Part shown: positions 55,278 through 64,000 of the stretch, one piece after another
Position numbering within the stretch: position 1 is the first letter of the stretch
How the letters are laid out: each line of letters opens with the position of its first letter
NCBI RefSeq assembly: GCF_009914755.1
Contig: NC_060935.1
Strand: one strand, 5' to 3'
DNA: 64,000 nt
Source: the human T2T-CHM13v2.0 reference genome, Homo sapiens
Program-made: the position numbers and the translations under genes
The notes under the pieces: model-generated
Seen by the model: only the letters and a program-made list of their open reading frames with translations
Told to the model about the DNA's origin: nothing
The model's database searches: none

Positions 55278-56078
55278 TGTGGGGAGAGACTTAGGTCCCC
55301 AGAGTTGGCAGAAAGGTTATTTAAGTGAAAATGTCTGAGCTACAAAAGATGCTGGAAAAAAAAGTTACCTGAACTTTCCCCTTATCTGGCTAAAGCCTAT
55401 TCTCCTGAAAATACCAATTGGCAATCACACCTTTCTAAGAAAGTGATATGGTTTGCCTCTGTGTCTCCATCGAGATCTCATCTACAATTATAATCCCCAC
55501 ATGTCAGGGTAGGAACCTGGTGGGAGGTGATTGAATGATGGGGGCAGATTGCTCCCATGCTGTTTTCATGATAGTGAATTCTCACAAGATCTGATGGTTT
55601 GAAAGTGTGGCACTTCCCCCCCTTGCTCTCTCTCTCCTGCCCCTATGTAAGATGTGCCTTGCTTCCCCTTTGCCTTCTGCCATGATTATAAGTTTCCTGA
55701 GGCCTCCCCAGCTGTGTGGAACTGTGAGTCAATTAAAATTCTTTTCTTTATAAATTACCCAGTCTCAAGTAGTTTTTTTAAAGCACTGTGAAAATGGACT
55801 AATGTAGGGAATTTCCTACAAATTCAGCTGCTTTGGAGACAGAATGCCCATTTCCATTAGCATTAAAAAGCCCAATAGAACCTTTCATACTCTCCCATTG
55901 AAACCGTAAAAGTCCCCCCTTTGAGTTGATATATAAGTATAAACCTTTACTTACTTATTGTACATGAACATATATGTAAATCTTGTTTTTTCTTTTGTTA
56001 CTTTGTTTATTGTCAGTTATTTTGCAGACCCCAACCACCAGACCCGAGTAGGAAGAAGAAAACTTCTTTCACATAACA
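55278..56078 (+). mobile_element. Old ERV1 LTR (MER89/MER90-like) split by THE1D
   Basis: TGTGGGGAG start; 3' TCTTTTGTTA...TTGTCAGTTATTTTGCAGACCCC...AACA. Confidence 0.5.
55444..55806 (+). mobile_element. THE1D/MSTA-like solo LTR
   Basis: TGATATGGTTTG ... AAAGTGTGGCACTTCCCC ... GGACTAATGTA. Confidence 0.92.
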
Positions 56079-56467
56079 GCATTGTCTATATGCTTTGGCT
56101 TTATTAGTGCAACAATAGGAAGGGTAAATCAATTGTAATGCAGCCATACAGTTGCTATGTATGCAAAGATATCTCAATTTTATTTACTATATTAATTACA
56201 GATTGCCAGAGATGAAAGTTGGAATAAAGAATTCCTCTCTTTATACCAAAGAGGAAGTAAAACTCTGACAGTTTTAAGTGATGGTCTCAATGTTGAATGA
56301 CTGAATTAGAAGAGCTGGAATAAAAATTGAATTCTTCTAACTCAGACAAGCATAACTAGGATTCAATCCAAAAACTAGATCAGATTTAGATTAAGGGAAT
56401 TGTGAGTGTGCTGAGGACAGCCCACTTCCTCAGTACAGCACCATTTCCATTTTTACAGTGAAGGCAT

Positions 56468-57073
56468 TGTTGGGGTTCAGACAATGATACTCAAAGTATG
56501 GTGCTTTGGCATGCTGAGTACCTTGAACTGAAGGATGTTGGAAGAACCTCAGAAGCAATAAGTGCTCTCTGACCTTCATCCACCCTCTTTTCTCCTTCCT
56601 CCATTTCTCCTCTGAAACAAGTTATCAAAGCTAGAATTCTTCTTCCCCAGGGGAACCATATACACTAGAACTCCTCTTCTCCAAGCCAGCAATAAAACCT
56701 AGAAATGTCACTCTCTGACCCTCTCCCTTTTCTCTTGAAGACCCTCATGTAACAGGTATCCTGCCCCATACCTTGAGGAAGGAATGTGACACAGAGAGGC
56801 CAAGAAGAATTTGAACAAACAGGTTTTGCTGGGTTCCCCTCTCAGTTTATTACCATTAGATCATACCCCTTTTGTCTCATTAAACTTCTACACATCATTC
56901 CACACTATGTGGAACCTAAGCATAAAAATATATGGTCTACTCCTGTGCCCCATAAAACTTTAGTTAAATGAATTTGTTATGGTTTTCTCTTGCTGATGTA
57001 ACTTCTGTTATAAGGGCGTCAGCCATGTACCTTGCAATGGGTGAGGAAAAGATACTACCTTTTTGCCCCTACA
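56468..57073 (+). mobile_element. ERV1 solo LTR (MER39/MER34-like)
   Basis: TGTTGGGGTTCAGA...ATGGTGCTTTGGCATGCTGAGTAC ... CCCCTACA; TSD GCAT/GTAT. Confidence 0.82.
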
Positions 57074-58169
57074 GTATAAAATAAGATCCTTGCCCCTATT
57101 GATGATAAAGTTTTTGAAGCCAAAAGGGATACATGCCCTTCATAAATGGAAATAGCACTATATTACCTTCTTTCAGATATCTGTATACTTGGTGTGGTCC
57201 CAGAATACAGGCTAATTTTGGAAATAGGAGGTATAGTAGGAAAAAATTGCACCCACTTTAAAGTGAATTTTGTACCAATTTAAAAAAATATTTTGCATGA
57301 ATTATTTATAATGGCTTCTGGGGAGAATTTTTATTCACTTGTTCCTTTTCACTTTGTTAAAGTAACACATTTTAAATAAGCTTGTGAAGCTAATCTAGCC
57401 AGCCTCCTTGTGATATAATGCTTGTAATTCATCATGCTAGGATGTTTATTGGCATGATGAGACATGTAAGAGTATTTATCATACCAATTTTGTTTATCCT
57501 GTTAGTTTATTTGACCCATCCCAAATAAATTATTGTATTATAGTCACTTCAAAAGAGACAACTAAAAGGCACTTCTGCACTAAATAAAACCAATTGTCCC
57601 CAATATGCCTTAGAGATCCTGGGCCCATATCTTTTCCTCTTATAACATATTAGGATCTTATTGCAAGTTATTTTACTTTTCCCCTTACTATAGCATTTTA
57701 TTCAAACTTTCCTAAGAATCAGCTGGCATGTTTTGGAAAAGGAATTGACTAAATGCCAAGTAGAATTCTGATGTGAGTTTTATGGAGTAAGGCTATATAG
57801 AAATCTGTGCATGAACAGATTGGCTACAAAATATACCAAGTACCCAGTAACGCTCCATATCAGTGTCCCGGAATCAATGACTTTTGGCATCCTAATGAAT
57901 CATTCTGTCCAGTGGTTTAGTTTGAAAATGTTGTCAATGCAATCATTAAGAGTATTGAAATGCTGGATCAAGTGCTTTTCTATTTTCTTCCTTTGGGTTT
58001 TATAAATGAAACTCATATTGCTCTCCACTATTGAAATAATTTGCTTTCTGAAGGAAGCTGATTCTTATTTAATAAGGATGCTCCGTATTACAAAAGCAAG
58101 AGAATACTAAGAAATTATTACTTGTATTGAAAAAAGAAAAAAACTAAAACTAAGTGAACATAGTTGTTT

Positions 58170-58316
58170 TGTTTCTATTTTTATTTATTTGTTTGTTTGA
58201 ATAGACAGGGTCTGATATGTTGCCCAGGTTGGTCTCAAACTCCTGGTTTCAAGTGATTCACCAGCCTGGGTCTCCCACAGTTCTGGGATTACAGGCGTGA
58301 GGCACTGTGCCTGGCC
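58170..58316 (-). mobile_element. FLAM_C / Alu monomer
   Basis: TATGTTGCCCAGGTTGGTCTCAAACTCCTGG ... GGGATTACAGGCGTGAG. Confidence 0.9.
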
Positions 58317-58811
58317 TAGATATTTTTTCTTATTGAAAAAAATCTACCAACAAATAAAAGAAGTATTTTCTCTCTTCTACTTTTCTCTTGGACATTAAAA
58401 TAATTATAGGATCTTAGTAAGGAAGATGATGAACTTGTATGTGGAAAATGCACTGAAAAGAGAATAACCTTTTTAATCATCTGCAATCTCCAATTTTTCA
58501 GCTTTAGAAAAGTCCTAGTAAGACCATAAATGGATTGTCATTGAGGATGTCTGTAATTCAGCACAGTTTTCTGTATGCCTTCTTCATGGTATCATTTTAA
58601 CCAATAAATCATTGCTGCTGTGTTCTTTGCCAAAGAAAGATGGGCTCAAACAAAAGAAGGGTCCACTGAAATCTTCAGAATGTCTTACTTGCCTACAGGC
58701 CAGATCCTCTCTTTTAGATAACAGGATCACTGAACTTTTAGTGTTGTGTTCTGTTTTTTTCCATGACTCCTGTTGATTACTGCTAGGGCATGGGCAAATA
58801 TCTCCTCACAC

Positions 58812-59090
58812 GGAGTAGACTACATTATTATTCCAAAATATTTGCTGCTTTTCCTGGGGAAGGATTAAGTTCCCCTCTTCATTGATTAACAAAATGGGAG
58901 TGGCAGTTTTTAATCACCAGGGTATGGGTTGTCAAGTTCTGCCACAATACTAGGAATGTCCCAGTTAGAGGCTGCTCTATCAGCATCAGATCTCAGATGG
59001 ACATAAACTTTCCATGTGGAATTTTATTTTGTTGTAAGTTATTGAGATTTAAGGAGATTTGTTACCATGTCATAACCTAACTTCTGCTGA
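58812..59090 (+). mobile_element. Old MaLR LTR fragment (MLT1I/J-like)
   Basis: TTGTTGTAAGTTATTGAGATTT..GATTTGTTACCA..CATAACCTA. Confidence 0.6.
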
Positions 59091-59684
59091 TGTAAACCAA
59101 AAATAAAACCCTAAGTCTCCCCAGCAGACTGAATGGACTTCCTCTTGGCCAAGAGTACCCCAGAGAAACCTGAAAAACTACATTTTCAACCATGACAATG
59201 ACAGGAAGAATGGTCAGACATGCTTCACTTTAATCCCTCCCTTTTGGACTTGAAGCGCAACTGACAAGTATTAAGGTTAAAATAGAGATAAGACTGACAA
59301 AACAGATTCTTTGTGGCAATAAGATATCAAATTATAAATAAGACCCAGGGCCATGAAAGGTAAGGGTTGTCACAATGTACAAACCGTAAAATCTCATTAA
59401 ATGGGCTTTTGAATTTCACCCAGTCTAATGTGGCTTACTTTCTAACCTGACTCTGGTATAGCATCACATGACAGATAGCAGATCCTGGAGGAAATAAAAA
59501 TATTTTACCCAAAAATGTATTTCTTTGACATGTTTTGAAATGGATTTGTAAAGCTGTCTTTTGTGGGGGGAATTTGCATCTTTAGAGAATCTTCATTCAT
59601 GCAGCCAGGCTTTCCCTTTCTAGGCCTTTCCTGGATCTGGGAGAGATTAACTGAAAGTCTGACACCTTTAAAGTTCTGAAGAAA

Positions 59685-59799
59685 GGCCAGGTGTGGTGTA
59701 GCTCATGCCTATAATCTTAGCACTTTGCAAGGCTGATGCAGGAGGATTGCTTGAGCCCAGGAGTTCAAGACTAGCCTGGGCAACACAGTGAGACTCCAT

Positions 59800-59833
<34 letters not shown>
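59685..59833 (+). mobile_element. Alu monomer (FLAM_C-like) with A29 tail
   Basis: GGCCAGGTGTGG ... GGGCAACACAGTGAGAC; flanking AAAG(T)TCTGAA repeat. Confidence 0.9.
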
Positions 59834-59837
<4 letters not shown>

Positions 59838-59935
59838 TACATAAAAATAAAGTCTGAAAAGAGACATTTACCATCCATTCTCTCTGAGGGTTGCTACCTA
59901 TGAAGGTAAAAAGAACTGTGGCCTCTACAACCTGC

Positions 59936-60238
59936 TTATTTATTTATTTATTTTTGAGGCAGGCTCTCACTATGTTGCCGAGGCTGGAGGGTGGTAGCAA
60001 GATCACACCTCACTACAGCCTCAACTACCCATGCTCAAGCAATTCTCCTGCCTCAGCCTCCCAAGTAGCTGGGACTACAGGCACATGACATGATGCCCGA
60101 CTAATTTTCTTTTTCTAATTTGCAGAGATGAGGTCTTGTTTGTTGTCCAGGCTATTTTTGAACTTCTGGGCTCAAGGGATCCTCTCACATCAGCCTCACA
60201 AAGTGCTGGGATTACAGGTGTGAGCACCACACCTGGCC
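59936..60238 (-). mobile_element. AluJ
   Basis: Full dimer; TSD AACCTG(C/T)TTAT. Confidence 0.93.
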
Positions 60239-61991
60239 AACCTGTTTATCTAACTCCAGTATTCCTTTCTACTGACTTTAAGTCTTTAGACAATAGCTTA
60301 ACTTCCTTAAAAAAGTTGTCAACCAAAGAATCCCTGGAACCCAGCTATGACTTTTATGACCTCTTTTTGGGCAAACCAATGTATACCTTCCATGTATTGA
60401 TTGATGTCTTTGCCTGTAATTCTGTCTCCCTATAATGTATAAAACCAAACTGTAACCCAACTACACTTCTCAGGACCTCTTGCAACTGTTCCCCAGGCCA
60501 TGGTCATTCCTATTGGCTCAGAATAAACTTCTGCAAAACATTTTGCAGAGTTTGGTTTCTCTGTTAACACGGATACATTGTCTGTTATGGAGAATTAGGA
60601 GAAGTAAAGGTAAATTATTATTTAACAATGACTACTATATGCCAGGCAATTTGTGTATGCCAATTCAATAAATTATCAGTAGAGGGACTACTTAATAGGC
60701 ATAATTGAAATTGGAATAAAGTCGGATCCAGAATAAATATTTTCCCTTCTTCAGGTTTCTAAATTCAGCCAAAGATTAGTTCTTTTTTCCCTGAAGCAAA
60801 ATGACTATTTGCCTTATGGTTTTCCAGGTATTTATTTTTATTCTATGCTAAGGCCTGTGAGTATCTTTGATTAGAATAGTTATATTTATTTGAGTAAGGG
60901 TGGAAGGAAGAAAAGCAAAATGTATTTCCTGAGCAGAGTGTGTTTATTCTTCTTAGACATGGTGTGGAGCCTAAGTATCAAGATTCCTAGATGAATATAA
61001 AAATATATATACAAGATACATAAAAGAGGCAACCACCCAGCATAAACATCAGTGAACTGTGAATAAAACTCTCAATGGCAACGTGTGAGAAGAGATTTTG
61101 CTGCTTATAATAATACGAACATAGTCATTAGACTCTCAACTGGAGCCCAAGCCCAAGAAGTTTCAAATGAGATTGAAGCTGAGCCAAGGTTAGTGGAAAT
61201 ACCTGGAGACACTTCCTGAGAAACTTATGTTAGCTTTGTAATAACTAAAGGGCAGCATTTAGAGCCCTGCCCTGGGGTTACTACCTTCATCTCAGTGAGA
61301 CTAGTTCATTAGGGTGATTCTTCTCTGTGTCACAGAAGAAACTTTGATTATAAGTGTCAGAAATTCAATCTCTAAGTTGAACTAAAAGGAGAACTTATTG
61401 ATCATTTACCATTAAAAATCATTTAATTTTAAATGGTGCAGTTATTTCACAGAAACTTGCAAGGGTAAGATTTTGGCAATGGCTAGATTCAGGAGATACA
61501 AGTCACTGGTGAGTCCTGTCTGTCTTTTCCCTCCAGACTTTTTATCTTTATTCTGGTTTCCTTCTGAAATAAGTTCTTACCGGGGTTGGGACAGAATGCC
61601 ACTAAACTCCAAACTTAAATCAGCTATAGAATTTGAGATTCCAGAGAAGACAATATCCCTTTGCCAAAATAGGCAAAGTCACTGGAGAGCCTGTGATTAT
61701 GTCATCTTGGGTCATGTTGTTACAGGTAGTTAGACATGAGTGGGGCAGGAGAGGGCTCTCCCCCCTCACCCACTAAGGTTGTTGGGTGATGGTTCAGCGA
61801 TTATTGCATTCCCTGTCTAAAAATTGTAATTCAGCAGCTCCCAGAAGAGGCCATTTCCTAATGGTCCACACTTGTTAACAACAAAATGTTAACCGAATGC
61901 AGGCCCCAGGGAGAAGCAGCATCCTGGGTATGCATGTTAAGAGGCAAAAATGGTGAAGTATGATCTTCCAGGGTGGGGGAACACTCCACTG

Positions 61992-62582
61992 TGTTTGAAA
62001 TGCTTGTTCCCTGGTGCCATAAAGAAATAGCACTTGAACATAAATTTAATTTTCTCAGCAAGGCCATTTTTATACTTTCTGCAGAAAGGATACACTCACC
62101 AGCAGTTTTGCCATGACAGTACACCGAACAAAGGAGACAGGGTCATTTATAATCTGACGTGTCCACCCTACTACTGTGTGCAGTTTCCATTGGCTGGAAC
62201 GGGACCTCGCATTCTATATTTGTCCCGACTGGCTAGCAACTTAGAACTTTTTAAAAGAGGCAAAGGCAGAGGAGAACAAAGGAAGGAGGAGGTAACTTAT
62301 GGAATGCTGAGAAAGGTAAAAACACCTTCAAATAAGGAAGAGGAACAGGCTATGACCTATTGCTTGCTAGGACTAGTATAAACATGCCAGGACAAATATT
62401 TAGGCTAAATTGTGGGAGCTAAGAACATAAAGTACATTGATTTCTTTATTACAGCTAGCAGATATTTAAGAATGTTAGCACAGGTCTTTGAATAAATTTT
62501 GCTTCTAAGAGAAGTTATTATTTATTCTTAATTAGATGGAAAGGAAAGTTTTTGAAGAGGAACCTCTACTTTACTTTTTACA
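61992..62582 (-). mobile_element. HERV-I solo LTR (LTR10C-like)
   Basis: Reverse start TGTAAAAAGTAAAGTAGAGGTTCCTCTTCAAA; perfect 4-bp TSD ACTG (61988-91 / 62583-86). Confidence 0.88.
62370..62389. promoter_or_regulatory. Candidate p53 response element in LTR10
   Basis: GGACTAGTAT AAACATGCCA: two RRRCWWGYYY half-sites, no spacer, one mismatch each, both cores intact. Confidence 0.55.
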
Positions 62583-63006
62583 ACTGGAAAGGGAAAAGGG
62601 TAAGGAAAGCACTATACATGCAGGAAGCTCACCCAAAGGGAAGAATCATGGGAAAGAGTCAAGTCTATAAAAGTCCTAGGATCCCAGTTAAATGGGGCAC
62701 TCAACCTTCTCTCTTCAATCTTCGCGTGCCCACTTAGGTCCCTCTCAAGCAAATTTTCCTTTCTTTCCTGTTCTGAGGCCTTTTAAAATAAACTTCCATT
62801 CCTTCTCTGGAACTTGCCTTGATCTCTTTTTCTGCTTTATGCCCCTCAGTTGAATTCTTTCTACTGAGGAGGCAAGGACTGAAGTTGCTACAGACCCATA
62901 CAGATAGGCCAACAGTGACTTAGGTAATTCAGGTCTCTTCCACTGGTAACAGTGTGCTAAGAACTGTGCCTTGAGGATGGGCAGCTCTTGTTGTCCAGGT
63001 TGGTAT

Positions 63007-63428
63007 TGATAGAGGCAGCTTAGGTACCCCCCACTCCAGCAGAACCCTGCCTTCAAGCCTGAAACAGCCTGAAGGCTGAAAAACCAGACTTCTGGTCCAG
63101 GATGAAGCTTGCCCTTTCCCAATTGATTCTTTCTGAATAATGCCCACCTGCCCACTGGTACAATGCCATGGTGCTTCAGGCAGTTTCCGCCATTTGCAGT
63201 GGTGAGGAGTCTGGCTTCTCCTGTTGCTTTGTGGTGACCTGGGATTCAATCTGTGAGGCGGGAAACCTGCTAGCAGGACTCTCTCTCTTGCTTTTCTAAG
63301 AGTTATTTTTCCTTTTCGCCCAATAAATTCCATTTTCCTCACCCTTCTACGTGTCTGTGAGCCTGATCTTTCCTGGTCGTGTGACAATAGCTGGGTTTTA
63401 GCTGAACTAAGGAGAAAATTCTGCAACA
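63007..63428 (+). mobile_element. ERV1 solo LTR (MER61-like)
   Basis: TGATAGAGGCAGC ... GCCTGAAGGCTGAAAAACC ... CTGCAACA; perfect 4-bp TSD GTAT. Confidence 0.82.
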
Positions 63429-64000
63429 GTATCATGTGTTACACTTTTGGAATGTGAGAGGGGAAAGTCTCAGCCAAATCATATGGAGTGGATCTCCCAC
63501 GGAGAAAAGGATACTGTTACCAGAGGAAGGGAGGGAGGAAGATAAGTTGGGAAGACAACAACAGTAGCTATGTGAGAACATTATTCATGTCCCCTTTGGT
63601 CAGGAAATCCGGTGCCCAGACAGTTGTAGTTTGACTTTGGAGTTCAAGCCTTCAGGAATAACATGGGAAGTGTAGCCATTTAAACATGAACATTGTTGGA
63701 TGTTTCCATCTCTAATAACACAATCTATTGTTAAGGCAAAACTGAGTTTATTGATTATCTTGTTAAAAGAAAACATTATATCTAAAGCTTTGATAATGTT
63801 TCAGAGGAAAATGGATTAGAATGATTTTTAAATTATCTCAAATAGTAAACATTCATTTAAGATAATAAAATGTAATTTAACTAACTTACCTAACAGATAT
63901 TAAAATGTAAATAAAATAAGATAAAGATAAAAAAATTAAAAGAAACTTTTAAGAATAAAACATCTTTAAAGCTTCAGTAAATAAATGTTTTCTATTATTA

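Larger units (their letters stand above)
59091..60569 (+). mobile_element. ERV1 LTR MER4D-like, with nested FLAM and AluJ
   Basis: TGTAAACCAAAAATAAAA ... GGCTCAGAATAAAC ... CTGTTAACA; TSD CTGA/CGGA. Confidence 0.85.
61718..62951 (+). mobile_element. ERV1 LTR MER50-like, split by LTR10
   Basis: TGTTACAGGTAGTTAGACATGAG ... CCACTGGTAACA; TSD ATGT/GTGT. Confidence 0.82.
61330..63570 (-). mobile_element. Old MaLR LTR (MLT1K/L-like) host, fragmented by three ERV1 LTRs
   Basis: AAAAGGAGAACTTATTG, GGCTAGATTCAGG, CTTGGGTCATGT|GTG.., CTGTTACCAGAGGAAGGG. Confidence 0.5.

Noticed and set aside
62745-63435. 136- and 168-aa minus-strand ORFs
   Set aside because: They span MER50- and MER61-like LTRs and are chance frames.

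Overview
AT-rich, CpG-depleted primate (human-like) nuclear DNA that reads as a long intron or gene desert. Much of it is transposable-element debris: Alu/FLAM, MIR, L2, L1, MaLR, ERVL, ERV1 and ERVK LTRs, and hAT DNA transposons, often nested with visible target-site duplications (TSDs). No multi-exon gene, RNA gene, CpG island or CRISPR array is supported. The ORFs in the track are TE remnants or chance. Four things stand out. (1) A candidate 27-nt in-frame microexon at 3004-3030 (+), with a UGC motif, long pyrimidine tract, perfect GTAAGT donor and three upstream ACUAAY motifs. (2) A 2.4-kb insertion at 28918-31383 best explained as an L1PA-mediated 3' transduction with a twin-priming inversion that split an Alu. 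(3) A long fossil hAT (BLACKJACK-like) transposase. (4) LTR-borne DUX4 and p53 motifs. Subfamily names come from my recall of consensus sequences, not from a search, and boundaries of old elements are approximate.
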